Shown: positions 35,666-45,210, counted from the stretch's first letter. The stretch: DNA of 53,709 nucleotides from a virus (IMGVR_UViG_3300044999_000048:1-53709); one strand, 5' to 3'. The notes: a model not told the origin generated them from the sequence alone. Numbers and translations: made by a program.

Positions 35666-35844
35666 CACGACCTCCCTCCGCCGGAAGACCGGCGACGCTT
35701 AGTACCACGCTTACTGTGCTGAACCTTGTGCCGTTTTCCAGCAACTACGACCGTATCTAGGTTCGGAGCAGCAATTCCATGAATGTGTCGGTAAGCATTC
35801 CACTTGCGATAGTCTTCTTTCGACTTAAAGTGTTCCGTTGGCAC
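35665..35844 (-). CDS. Small basic protein
   Basis: Likely GTG start MPTEHFKSKEDYRKWNAYRHIHG...; Arg/Lys-rich tail. Confidence 0.55.
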   Translation of the reverse strand: MPTEHFKSKEDYRKWNAYRHIHGIAAPNLDTVVVAGKRHKVQHSKRGTKRRRSSGGGRS

Positions 35845-35857
35845 AAAAACCAACCTC

Positions 35858-35894
35858 AAAAAAAAGGCCCGCAGCGGGTTGTCCGCTGCAGGCC
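35858..35894 (-). terminator. Intrinsic terminator
   Basis: GGCCTGCAGCGG-ACAAC-CCGCTGCGGGCC followed by T8. Confidence 0.85.
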
Positions 35895-35966
35895 GAACCG
35901 CGATACATGCCTGAGTTGTTACATCAGGGGTTCACGGTCTCTTGACCGAATCTATTTTCACCGGGG

Positions 35967-35996
35967 AGTATGGTCACTTACGCATACGCTTGTCAA
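35967..35996 (-). promoter_or_regulatory. Sigma70-like promoter ahead of the head operon
   Basis: TTGACA-18 nt-CATACT. Confidence 0.65.
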
Positions 35997-36085
35997 ATAC
36001 TTTCGGTTTTTGGGTTTACAAGGTGGGATGGGCGGCAGGACTTAGGGGAACAAATCTCACCGCCCATGTGTGTGTGGTAGGACCG

Positions 36086-36580
36086 TCATCCTGCATCGAG
36101 CCCGGTTACATCCCAAACTCCCTGAACACCGCTCGTCTTGTAAGCGGTACGGACTGCATCGTCAGGAGAAATAGGAAGCAAACCTGTCAGTTGAAAATGA
36201 GGAAAATCTGGAAACGTTCTGAATTCAGCACCGGAGTAAAGCCCCAAAGACTCCCCCACTTGGACAATTCGTTTCCAGTCCGGGTGCGAGCTATTCCAAT
36301 CAGGAACTCCCTCATTGAACGGAGACACGTCAACCGCTAGCCCAACTTGGTGATAAGAGTGCCCCGGCTTTGCCTTCGTCACTACCTGCGACATATCTAC
36401 AATGTTTCCGTTTGCGTCTCGCCCTTTCGCATACAGTGCCGCTTGCTCAGTCCAGGATCGCAACGCCTGCACCACACGGATCTCGATCCCCTCTTCTAGC
36501 AGCATCGTCGCCATCCTTCGCACGCGGGATGCGAGTTGAGGGTGAACTTCTCCGAGCCTGGTTTCAGAAATTGAATTCAT
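36086..36580 (-). CDS. Endolysin, M15 family (L-Ala-D-Glu endopeptidase-like)
   Basis: LRSW.EQ..LYAKGR, VT.AKPG.SYH..GLAVD, DFPHFQ. Confidence 0.92.
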   Translation of the reverse strand: MNSISETRLGEVHPQLASRVRRMATMLLEEGIEIRVVQALRSWTEQAALYAKGRDANGNIVDMSQVVTKAKPGHSYHQVGLAVDVSPFNEGVPDWNSSHPDWKRIVQVGESLGLYSGAEFRTFPDFPHFQLTGLLPISPDDAVRTAYKTSGVQGVWDVTGLDAG

Positions 36581-37029
36581 GGCTTTATAGGAGTTGGTTC
36601 AGGAACTGGCGACGGCCCACTTTGCGGCACCTCGGGAATGCGCTCCTGAATCCATTGACGAAGTTTTCCTGGAAGCTTGTCCCAATGAGACGCCACGCCA
36701 ATCAACGAATCCGCGCCAAACCCCAGAAAGAAAGCGGCTACGGGCCCCCCAGCTCCCGGGCCACCCGACTGCGCTGGAAGCTGGTAGGGTATCTTCGTCA
36801 AAGTCAAAATTTCATTCAGGCTCACATGCCGCCAAATCGCGTAGAATGAAATCTCTACGGCGAAACGAATTAAAAACACGTCCCAGTTCTGGCGAACGTA
36901 CTCGCGGCGCGACTTGATCGGGTTGTACTTGCTGCGGATCGCGGCCGCGGCACAGACCAGCACCCACAGGCACTCGCCTAGAAAAAAGACGGCCCAATAG
37001 GCCAGGTCTCCCAAGTGATGTATTGACAT
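36577..37029 (-). CDS. Putative holin/membrane protein
   Basis: Two to three hydrophobic segments; overlaps the endolysin start. Confidence 0.5.
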   Translation of the reverse strand: MSIHHLGDLAYWAVFFLGECLWVLVCAAAAIRSKYNPIKSRREYVRQNWDVFLIRFAVEISFYAIWRHVSLNEILTLTKIPYQLPAQSGGPGAGGPVAAFFLGFGADSLIGVASHWDKLPGKLRQWIQERIPEVPQSGPSPVPEPTPIKP

Positions 37030-37052
37030 TTGTAGTCCTCTTACTTTTAAGC

Positions 37053-37334
37053 CTAGTCCATCAGCAATCTGCGCACAACACGTTCTAGCTCGCTGTGATC
37101 CTTACCCGTCATTAGCCGGGCCGCTACCTCCAGAATCAGGCAGCCGGCCATGCGATCGTACTGCACGGCGCGCTCGATCATGTCGTCCCGCAGTTTTTGA
37201 CCGATTCCCTGCACGTCTTTTTTTAACTGTGCTTCGGTTTCCCGGTGGTTGGCTTCCGACCGTCCTGCTTTGAAAATTAGACCAGCGATTGCCAAGAGAA
37301 TGCTCACAGCCGCGATGGCTTCCGCTAGGGTCAT
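37053..37334 (-). CDS. Single-TM protein (lysis module)
   Basis: N-terminal hydrophobic helix followed by a coiled segment. Confidence 0.55.
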   Translation of the reverse strand: MTLAEAIAAVSILLAIAGLIFKAGRSEANHRETEAQLKKDVQGIGQKLRDDMIERAVQYDRMAGCLILEVAARLMTGKDHSELERVVRRLLMD

Positions 37335-37618
37335 GGATTCTCTAAACCTTTTATTCTTCTAGACTCCATGTAGTCCCCATTTACGGCAGTGTCTTGCTCC
37401 GTGAGAATCTTTTTCCAGCCATCTAGCTGATTTTGCGGAACGATCGCCCAACCGGCATTCGCTAGGGCCGCAAGGACCTGCCGAACATCGGTCCAGTCCT
37501 CCGCAGATACGATTCCTTCTGTTTTTAGGGTGCCTCGAACTTGAGCGAGAAATACAGCCACGATTTCAGCTTGTTCTTCCGTCAGGATTGTCCTACCCCT
37601 GCTATCAGTAGCTACCAT
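37331..37618 (-). CDS. Hypothetical protein
   Basis: 95-aa ORF coupled to the next gene. Confidence 0.5.
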   Translation of the reverse strand: MVATDSRGRTILTEEQAEIVAVFLAQVRGTLKTEGIVSAEDWTDVRQVLAALANAGWAIVPQNQLDGWKKILTEQDTAVNGDYMESRRIKGLENP

Positions 37619-37638
37619 GGCCCTATCCTGACTTCAGA

Positions 37639-38967
37639 CTAATTCACTCCAAATGCCTGCGCCTGCACCAGATCGACAATGAACGTAGGCGTTCCCGTTG
37701 TGAAAATCACGCTAAGGCCATACTTATCGCTGGCCGTCGTGGTTGTTTGGCCAGAAATGGTTCCGTTGAATTGCGCGGCTACGGCGGGATAGACAAGGCC
37801 AAATCCAGTACCCGTCGCCGCAGACTGACGCGGGATAATCGTCCAATACGCAGCCGTGGCGCTCGTCCACACAAGTTGAATATCCGCTTCCATGTTGTCG
37901 GCGGCAGCGGTCTGTGTGCCAATGGTCTGCGTCACAATCGAAGTATCTGCTATCGATCCGTTGGTGCCTTTTTTCAAAAGAATCTGGAAGGTCCCTGTCC
38001 CCGCCGCCGTTTTGTTTAAAGCAATACGCCACTTCATGGTCGTGCCCGCCCCAATCGCCGTGGTGTACGCGGCAGGCATGTCGAGATCGGAACGGGTGAT
38101 GTAGTATTCGGTGGCGGAGACTACAACCTGCGATTGCGCAGATTGATTGAAATTATAAATACCAATAGGATTATTGACCTTCGCAAGAGTTCCAGTAATG
38201 CCGCCGTTGCCACTTGCACCTACGTTGATCGCTGGAACTTGCGCTGCAGTCGAAAGCGTTAGATTCGCCACAGGTGTCACGCTCGCAATGGTGAGCGGAG
38301 CCGTACCTGTGGCAATCGTTGATTTCACCGGCCCATCAAATACTGCTGAAAAAGCGGCATTGCTTTGCGCAGCAACATGAATACCGGTACAGGTAGTCGC
38401 CGGGAACCCTCCCGCACATTGATCGTCCACGATGATTCCATCATGCGTCGTGGGAGAGGTTCCGGTAGGGAAGGATACCCCGCCAACGTGAATGCCGCGC
38501 GAGGTGGTGATGACTCCCGCTCCACCGGCTACGATTGCATTCACATCCAAACCTACAAATGTTCCAAGTGTTCCTGCGGCCAAATGACTTGGTACGAAAG
38601 CAGCACCAATCACCGAACCGATAGGTCCAGCACCAGAGTCAGAGGCTGTAAACTGACCCCCTTCACAAAAGGCATTCGCTAATTGCTGACACGACGCTAC
38701 AATTCCTGCTTCATTGACGGTCACCCCTGACGCTAGAGCGTAGATCGGGGCGGTGCCGCTCAAACCCGTATTCGTTACAGTAAGGCTCTTATTTGTGTTA
38801 TCCCAGGTAAAATTGGCGCTGCCTGCAATAGCATTTGCTCCAGACCCAAAGGGTACTTGCTGATTGGCAACGCTGCCGCTAATCATTCCACCACCCGTAC
38901 GCGTCTGCGAAAAAGCCGGCACAGCCAGAACCAGCAACACACTCATCCACAAAAAGTGCTTTTTCAT
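37639..38967 (-). CDS. Fibre/spike-like protein with signal peptide
   Basis: Likely start MKKHFLWMSVLLVLAVPAFSQ; GSANFTWDNTN and STIATGTAPLTIAS.T.VANL motifs common in phage fibres. Confidence 0.65.
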   Translation of the reverse strand: MKKHFLWMSVLLVLAVPAFSQTRTGGGMISGSVANQQVPFGSGANAIAGSANFTWDNTNKSLTVTNTGLSGTAPIYALASGVTVNEAGIVASCQQLANAFCEGGQFTASDSGAGPIGSVIGAAFVPSHLAAGTLGTFVGLDVNAIVAGGAGVITTSRGIHVGGVSFPTGTSPTTHDGIIVDDQCAGGFPATTCTGIHVAAQSNAAFSAVFDGPVKSTIATGTAPLTIASVTPVANLTLSTAAQVPAINVGASGNGGITGTLAKVNNPIGIYNFNQSAQSQVVVSATEYYITRSDLDMPAAYTTAIGAGTTMKWRIALNKTAAGTGTFQILLKKGTNGSIADTSIVTQTIGTQTAAADNMEADIQLVWTSATAAYWTIIPRQSAATGTGFGLVYPAVAAQFNGTISGQTTTTASDKYGLSVIFTTGTPTFIVDLVQAQAFGVN

Positions 38968-38980
38968 GCGCTCTCCATTC

Positions 38981-39508
38981 TCAGTCCACGGATACCGATG
39001 GCAAGATAGAATCAGCATTCGTCGTGCCGTCAAACCACCACTCACCATAACTTAAAGGACCTGGGAAGCCGGCTATCGTAGAACTAAAATCAACCGGCGA
39101 AGCCCCCGCACCAACCTGAACCAGTTTGGCAATACACCCCACTCCGGTTGCCTTGACCATCGTGGGCTTGTTCCCGATGAAGATCGGACTCGTGTTCCCG
39201 TCTTTCGTTTGTATGTAAACCGCGCTAACCGCCCCGGAAAGCCGAACGTAGGTCCCGTTCGCGTGAGCCAGCGTAAGGTTCACAACAATATGCGTGCTGT
39301 CCGGGACCGAGGCCACGATCGCCCTTTCCTCGTTGGCGCCCACATCGAAGTTCACGATATCCGCTTTTAGGAAAATACTGGAGTCCGTCACTGGAACGCT
39401 CACCTGAGATCCCGGAGAGACCGCCGCGGTGAGAGTCGTTCCGAAGACCGGTTGCGGTACTCCGTTGGTGGTCAGAGCTACGTATTTGAATGTACGAATC
39501 ATTGTCAA
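38981..39508 (-). CDS. Putative virion protein
   Basis: 175 aa, beta-rich; shares a TTL.AAV..G...V...G..EE.V module with adaptor and nozzle genes. Confidence 0.55.
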   Translation of the reverse strand: MTMIRTFKYVALTTNGVPQPVFGTTLTAAVSPGSQVSVPVTDSSIFLKADIVNFDVGANEERAIVASVPDSTHIVVNLTLAHANGTYVRLSGAVSAVYIQTKDGNTSPIFIGNKPTMVKATGVGCIAKLVQVGAGASPVDFSSTIAGFPGPLSYGEWWFDGTTNADSILPSVSVD

Positions 39509-39513
39509 CTCCT

Positions 39514-39550
39514 AAAAAGAAAAGCTCTCCGGAGATTTCTCTCGGAGAGC
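39514..39550 (-). terminator. Intrinsic terminator
   Basis: GCTCTCCG...CGGAGAGC hairpin followed by TTTTCTTTTT. Confidence 0.75.
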
Positions 39551-39634
39551 CGAATTGCATCTTAAAACTCCAAATTTGGAGGGTCTGCAATCCATGGCCC
39601 TGAGCAAATTGTGTCCAGCGAAGATTATCTTACG

Positions 39635-39973
39635 TCACGCCACAATACAACTCACAATCACGCCTTCGTTTCCAACTTCCACATCAATAAAAATATCCGC
39701 GAGATTGAATTCCGCTGTTGCGTAGGAAACCGTGGCGGTAAATGCCGGAATCACATTCTGCGTGGGAACTCCAAGAACTGCCAGAACGCCAGCCTTTGTC
39801 GTTTTATTCATACCCAAAAGCCCCACGTAAACCCGGCCAGAATTCATCGGTAAAACCTGGACCATGTAAGAGTGAACGGAAAGGCGAGCGTTAGGGTTTA
39901 CCTGCGTGGAAGTAACCTGCACAGGAGTCCCGGGAACGGGAACCGTGATTGCCCCTAGTGAAAGCTGTGACAT
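39635..39973 (-). CDS. Hypothetical beta-rich protein
   Basis: 112 aa; NSGRVYVG motif. Confidence 0.55.
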   Translation of the reverse strand: MSQLSLGAITVPVPGTPVQVTSTQVNPNARLSVHSYMVQVLPMNSGRVYVGLLGMNKTTKAGVLAVLGVPTQNVIPAFTATVSYATAEFNLADIFIDVEVGNEGVIVSCIVA

Positions 39974-40896
39974 TACTCAGACCCGCCTACGAACGGATTC
40001 CCTTCCCCCAAACCATGCCCATGCTTAGAATCTCCAACCCGCGGCCTGTTTTCATCGGTTGAGAAAGGTCTAGCTGGCGATTCCGCCTCCTGCGGTGGCA
40101 TCGCCAAATCTTTTCTCTTCAATATTGTGGACTCAATATCGTCAATGCCAATGTTCGGTGCAACCACTGGAGGAATAGGCACAAGATAGTTGTCCAAATC
40201 TCCTGGTTGCCGCCACATCAGCGCCGACCACACTTGTAAACTATCATCAAACTGAAAAACAGAAGGTGGAACCGGCGGAAAGTAACTTTCAGAGTCATCC
40301 GGTTGCCGCCAAGACAAACCCGTCCAAACACTGAAGTTACTATCCGGCTGAATCACAAACGGAGGAACTGGTGACAAAATAATGTCCACATCCTCGGGCT
40401 GAGAAAACACACGCTCGTACACTTTAAACTGCACGTCTAAATCGTCTAGTCCGGAGGTAGGAACCAGCGGAGGTGACGGCGGAAAAAAACTGTCTGGATC
40501 GTCAGGCTGCCGCCAAACGCTTGCCGTCCAAACCGATTCATCGTCGGCCTGTACCACCGTAGGCGGGACAGGCGGCAGATTCCGTTGTGTTTCCTGATCT
40601 TCGTGCTGCAGAACCCGCCAATCTAGTGTGCGCTCTTGTTCGCCATCTTCCTGAATGGCGGCCGGCGGCGCCGGAACAAGAGAAGATTCCTGTCCATCAT
40701 CTACGATAAATTGCGTGGCCTGGATCCATCGTTCGAGGTCGTCATCTTGAAAAGAGGCAGGCGGCAGAGAAGGCGGAACAACTTGTAGATAAGACTCATC
40801 CCACTGTGGGAGAGCGAGCGCGAGTGTCAAAACAGCTTCGGCAGGTTCCGGATTGCTACCTTCCACTGCGGCAAGAATGACTGCCAACGGCATCAA
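39973..40896 (-). CDS. Pro/Asp-rich repeat protein
   Basis: Repeated Q.DD...VW....WRQPDD...FPP.PP units. Confidence 0.6.
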   Translation of the reverse strand: MMPLAVILAAVEGSNPEPAEAVLTLALALPQWDESYLQVVPPSLPPASFQDDDLERWIQATQFIVDDGQESSLVPAPPAAIQEDGEQERTLDWRVLQHEDQETQRNLPPVPPTVVQADDESVWTASVWRQPDDPDSFFPPSPPLVPTSGLDDLDVQFKVYERVFSQPEDVDIILSPVPPFVIQPDSNFSVWTGLSWRQPDDSESYFPPVPPSVFQFDDSLQVWSALMWRQPGDLDNYLVPIPPVVAPNIGIDDIESTILKRKDLAMPPQEAESPARPFSTDENRPRVGDSKHGHGLGEGNPFVGGSE

Positions 40897-41188
40897 AACA
40901 ACATTTTCCCGTAGATATAGACATTTGTTCCGGCTGGAATCACATCGCTAAATGTAAACGTAGCCACATTCAGGAGATGAGTCGCTGTAACCGTTTGACC
41001 ACCAGTGCAGACCAATTCATCAAATCCAGAAAGCATCAGGCTTCCCACACTAAAATTCGGAGCAATAGGAGAACTGGAAGGTCCGCTATAACAAATAGGC
41101 GCTGCATTACAGTCCACCACGAGCGTGGTACTTGTTCCATCGCCGTGAACGTAAAGAAAAAATTCAATCGCTGTTTTATTTGCCATTG
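40893..41188 (-). CDS. Hypothetical protein
   Basis: Likely start MANKTAIEFF with SD AAGGA. Confidence 0.5.
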
Positions 41189-41197
41189 GCGTTTCCT

Positions 41198-41872
41198 TTA
41201 GGTAGGTACTTCCTCCCACATCAAACGTGCAGCAACGCTATGTGTGACAGAAGACACGGTATTTAACAGCGCCAACACTCCGCCAGGAGGCACAATCAAG
41301 CTACCGTCAAAGTTTTGCACTCCGCTAACAGAAGGAGTCGGAGTAGCTGCTGCAACGGTCGTAGTCAACAATCCAGACGCCGTATTAAATTCTGCGGCAT
41401 CAAAAAAAACCAGGTTATTGGTCAATCCAGTTAGAAGACTGGCCGTAGAAAGAGAAAACGCCTTCGCTTGCGACCCAACGTTAGAAAGAGTTTTTCGATT
41501 GAACGGCGCAAGGCCCGCGGTTAATGCTCCGTTCCCCACCGAAGATGCCCAGATGAATGCACCCATTGCCACAGAAGTTACGTTATTAATTTCATCTAGC
41601 AGCATGGCTTGCAGTATAGATAAATTTACCGTCGAGGTCAGCGGATTCCAAACTCCAACAATCGGTTGCGCCGAGGCAGTCAAAAGAATCGTGGCAGCGG
41701 ATAGCGCGGTAAGTTGACAGCCAATCGAAAACACGTTTCCACGATAGGTCTGCTGGTAAAAACGTGGCTGAAGCTCTGTAACCAACAGCTCAGAAAACTC
41801 ACCAGCACTGGCAACGATATTCTGACCCACTTGCTTTCCTGTCTGCCCCTGGTTGATCTGTAAAACCGGCAT
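41198..41872 (-). CDS. Putative virion protein
   Basis: 224 aa; GVWNP..S.VN...FDGSLIVPPG...WEEVP. Confidence 0.55.
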   Translation of the reverse strand: MPVLQINQGQTGKQVGQNIVASAGEFSELLVTELQPRFYQQTYRGNVFSIGCQLTALSAATILLTASAQPIVGVWNPLTSTVNLSILQAMLLDEINNVTSVAMGAFIWASSVGNGALTAGLAPFNRKTLSNVGSQAKAFSLSTASLLTGLTNNLVFFDAAEFNTASGLLTTTVAAATPTPSVSGVQNFDGSLIVPPGGVLALLNTVSSVTHSVAARLMWEEVPT

Positions 41873-41881
41873 AAACTCTCC

Positions 41882-42199
41882 TTACACCCGAATCGAATCA
41901 AATTCAGGATTATTCGGATCGAAGTCACTTTCCTCGGCGCGTCCACCATCTACCGCCATGAACACAGCAGCCTTCCGTAACGCTCTAACCTCTCGAATAA
42001 GCGTTTGCAGCAAATCTTCCACACTAACCTCTTGCACCGTACCAGGATTGGAAAGCGTCAATTTTTCAATTCCGGTCGAATCCGTAACCGTCACCGCTTC
42101 CGTAATAACCGGCTGCGCATTAATGGTGTTCAGCCATCCCTGCAATTGCTCGGCACCGGCCGAGGACGCAATAATGATAAAGGTAGGTGTTGCTGACAT
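41882..42199 (-). CDS. Hypothetical protein
   Basis: 105-aa ORF in operon order. Confidence 0.5.
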   Translation of the reverse strand: MSATPTFIIIASSAGAEQLQGWLNTINAQPVITEAVTVTDSTGIEKLTLSNPGTVQEVSVEDLLQTLIREVRALRKAAVFMAVDGGRAEESDFDPNNPEFDSIRV

Positions 42200-42205
42200 C
42201 TAAAC

Positions 42206-42670
42206 CTACTCGCTATGGCTCAAAAGTACGTCAACTGGAACAGCCACTGAACCAGACTGTGCAGAGTCTACTACAAGTTCTCCGTTAGGAGCCGTAGCTC
42301 CAGAGAAACTCTTAGCCTCATCCTCGACGGTCGCAAACCAGAGCCCCGTTCCGCGTGAGTTGAACGTCGTCTGCGCAGCAAACACTGCTGCCAAGGTTCC
42401 ACCGGTCGGCAAGCTGGTCGGCAACGCCGCCGCAGCCGGACCTTCAATGAGTGCCTTGGCAGGAACAATCGCTGCGCCAGGTGTGGTCAGCACCGTGGTG
42501 CGCGCGAGCATGATACGAATCTGGACATCGACGGCATTCGCGTTCGGACCGCATTGCAAGCGTCGAACGTATCCACGCATCCCAGCGATGCCAACGATGT
42601 TCATAAGGTGAAGCTTAGTTCCCGCTACAGCGCTTGTGGATTGCTCGGTTGATGTGTCATACCACAACAT
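42206..42670 (-). CDS. Hypothetical beta-rich protein
   Basis: 154-aa ORF in operon order. Confidence 0.5.
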   Translation of the reverse strand: MLWYDTSTEQSTSAVAGTKLHLMNIVGIAGMRGYVRRLQCGPNANAVDVQIRIMLARTTVLTTPGAAIVPAKALIEGPAAAALPTSLPTGGTLAAVFAAQTTFNSRGTGLWFATVEDEAKSFSGATAPNGELVVDSAQSGSVAVPVDVLLSHSE

Positions 42671-42673
42671 GGA

Positions 42674-43033
42674 TCACCCCTTTTTCTCTGGCACATAGCC
42701 AAAGGCGTCAAAATATTGCGTTGGAATTTGCTCCAAAGAAAGGCTTCCATATTTCTGAATGATGTTCAAGTCACAGTCATCACAGGTCACAACAACGTGT
42801 TGCGGCGCAATTAGTTGACTCGATTCTTTCGATACCCATCCGGCAGGTCTTCCACACAAAAAACAGTAAGCCCGCTCGAATAGCCCAGAGGGATCACTCA
42901 CCCGAACTGTATTGAGCGTCAAGCGGCTATCCGCATCCCGAAAAAGTTTCCCGTCGTGCTCGGCCATCACTTTCCTCGCAGGTAGTTCTTTGCTCGATTC
43001 AAAAGCAAGAAAAGCGCCGTCACCCAAGCCCAA
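42674..43033 (-). CDS. Zn-binding hypothetical protein (start uncertain)
   Basis: CFLCG...CDDC; may begin at ATG 43116 via a frameshift. Confidence 0.5.
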   Translation of the reverse strand: MGLGDGAFLAFESSKELPARKVMAEHDGKLFRDADSRLTLNTVRVSDPSGLFERAYCFLCGRPAGWVSKESSQLIAPQHVVVTCDDCDLNIIQKYGSLSLEQIPTQYFDAFGYVPEKKG

Positions 43034-43120
43034 CGTTTTTTCCCGGCACTCGCGCCTAAGTAGGTAATACCCGGTCCAGACGGACCCAGCTTCGGCATGT
43101 CGGTAATTTCCATCATCAAC

Positions 43121-43360
43121 CTAATCACTTCCCTTCTCCAAATTTGGAGTCGCGACATTCATCAAATGTTCCGTACAAGTTATATCGCAAATCGCACCGT
43201 TTTTGAAAACAACTTCCATCCTGCCAAATCTTCGATTCGGCTTCGTGAACCGAGACACGGCTTCAAACAATGCACGATTAACAAGAATTACCTGCTTCTC
43301 GGGCCCCACCAGAAAATAGCGCCCAGGTTCCGCCTTCAAAGCTGCTTCAGCCGTGCTCAT
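43121..43360 (-). CDS. Hypothetical protein
   Basis: ATGA overlap with the portal stop; FG.MEVVFKNG.I motif. Confidence 0.5.
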   Translation of the reverse strand: MSTAEAALKAEPGRYFLVGPEKQVILVNRALFEAVSRFTKPNRRFGRMEVVFKNGAICDITCTEHLMNVATPNLEKGSD

Positions 43361-45210
43361 ATTTTTGGAAGCCCCGCCATTGCCTGCCGGCCAGCTCCTC
43401 TTCCCGGAGGCATAGGCGGCGGAGGCTCCGCCTTCAGCCGCTTCTCGATTTCGTCCACGTTCAACCCCAAATCTAGGTTCTCGATCAAGGTCCGGCGATC
43501 GATGTCGCGCATGACGCGCAAGCGCGCAAGCGTAGCGATCCGCTCCATGCGGTTCAAGTTCAGCAGCGTTCCACCTTCCAGCAAAAATTCGAATTGATGA
43601 GCCAGCCGGGACTGGTCCATATCTTTCTGGTCTTCTTGCGGGTTCCAGTCCACTTCCCGGAAAATTCCCTCCTTCGCGCCTGGAAGATAAAGCTGCCGCC
43701 GGTCAGTGTAGAACTGAAAGAAATTGTGAATCTGCATGGATCCCAAGTCACGTAACATGACCTCGATGTTACGCCCCTTCAGGCGCAACGGAGTCTGCTG
43801 CGTTTGACGCATGTTTTCAAGTGTGTCACCCCCGGGAACCTGCTTCTTGTGCAGCGCTTCAGACACGGCCGCAATGCCGGATCCGCGGTCCATTTCCTTG
43901 CTCGCCCAACTGAGCATTTGAAAAACAAACGATGGCAGGTTTGGTGTGGGACCAAACGCCGGCGGGTTCGGGGAAATCGGGCTGTACTGCGCCTTGGCGC
44001 CCGGCATTCCCCAATCGATTGAATCCCAAACCGAGTCACTAAACGCATTCTCCGGAGCATAAAAGATCGGGTTAACCGCTTTTTTGATCATGTCCAGAAT
44101 GCCCGCGAGCACGTTGTTGATCACATCCTGCATCGGCATCATAGGCCGAATTTCAGAAAGCCCCGTAAACTGCCACGGCACCGCATTCAAACGCAGCGCT
44201 CCGAACGGATGTTTTCCATGCAAATAAGGATTGGGAATGTCGGCCATCCACTCGTCGCCGCCCATCACGATCAGCCGACCGCGCGGGTAGAGCGGCTCGC
44301 CCGGGCCGACCATGTAAGACCAATTCGACTTCGGACGTCCCATCAAGACTGGTTTATTGCTTGTGTTGTAAGAATAATCCTTGAACCAGAATTCCCGGTA
44401 CAGCGCCATCGGATAAACGCTCGAGCGGGCTTGCTGCTCGATTCCCATAACGCGCCGCATCTGCGGAGAAATGGAATCCCAAAGCGTCTGCGTGAAGTAG
44501 GAAGGCCGGTTGTTGCCGCCCATGGAAAAATTCGAGTAGTTTGTGTCCGGCTTGACCAGTTCCCCGCGCAGCTTAAATTTTCTGCGGAACCAGCCGAGCG
44601 ATTGCACGCTGCGGTAGATGATGCATTCGGACTGCTGAATGTCCGTCCGCGCCTTGAGCGGCAGCACGTCGTGCGGCCCGAGCGGTAAAACTTCGAAGTC
44701 CCCGCGGCCCATCTTCAACTCTTCGTTCCAGGAAAGCTTGAAATACCCCATGCAGAGCAAACCGTAGACAATCCCCATGGCGAGCGACAGATCGATGTTG
44801 TTCGACAGCCACCAGGAGCGGGTTACTTGCGTCAGTTTTCGGGCAATGTTCTTTTTTTTCTGGTCGTCCGGATCGCTTTCGCGGACTTCAAAGACCGGGC
44901 GAATGTCGGTCAGAGTCGAAACCAGTTCCCAAACCAACCCCCAAACGCGATTGTCAACAGGAGAAGCCCTGTAGGTAGGACGCTTCTTGGTCCACTGCTT
45001 TCCCATGATGTAGTCAATTTGCTGCGAGACTTTCTGGATTTCCTCGTTTTGCGAGTGTTCGTACACAGCCTCTTCATAGGCCGCGCCGGTCCACTTTTTT
45101 ACTTGGCTATCATAGGAAGGAAATCCAGTCGCGGAAGACGGTGAATATTCACTCCCGGTATCGGGATGCAGGCCGTACTGTGGTCCCACTTGGAAAGGGA
45201 GACTGCTCAT
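43357..45210 (-). CDS. Portal protein (P22/podovirus-like)
   Basis: 617 aa; DYIMGKQW, NRVW..V...V..LT..RP.F, NPY.HG.HPF, Q..IN motifs; downstream of terminase. Confidence 0.85.
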   Translation of the reverse strand: MSSLPFQVGPQYGLHPDTGSEYSPSSATGFPSYDSQVKKWTGAAYEEAVYEHSQNEEIQKVSQQIDYIMGKQWTKKRPTYRASPVDNRVWGLVWELVSTLTDIRPVFEVRESDPDDQKKKNIARKLTQVTRSWWLSNNIDLSLAMGIVYGLLCMGYFKLSWNEELKMGRGDFEVLPLGPHDVLPLKARTDIQQSECIIYRSVQSLGWFRRKFKLRGELVKPDTNYSNFSMGGNNRPSYFTQTLWDSISPQMRRVMGIEQQARSSVYPMALYREFWFKDYSYNTSNKPVLMGRPKSNWSYMVGPGEPLYPRGRLIVMGGDEWMADIPNPYLHGKHPFGALRLNAVPWQFTGLSEIRPMMPMQDVINNVLAGILDMIKKAVNPIFYAPENAFSDSVWDSIDWGMPGAKAQYSPISPNPPAFGPTPNLPSFVFQMLSWASKEMDRGSGIAAVSEALHKKQVPGGDTLENMRQTQQTPLRLKGRNIEVMLRDLGSMQIHNFFQFYTDRRQLYLPGAKEGIFREVDWNPQEDQKDMDQSRLAHQFEFLLEGGTLLNLNRMERIATLARLRVMRDIDRRTLIENLDLGLNVDEIEKRLKAEPPPPMPPGRGAGRQAMAGLPKI

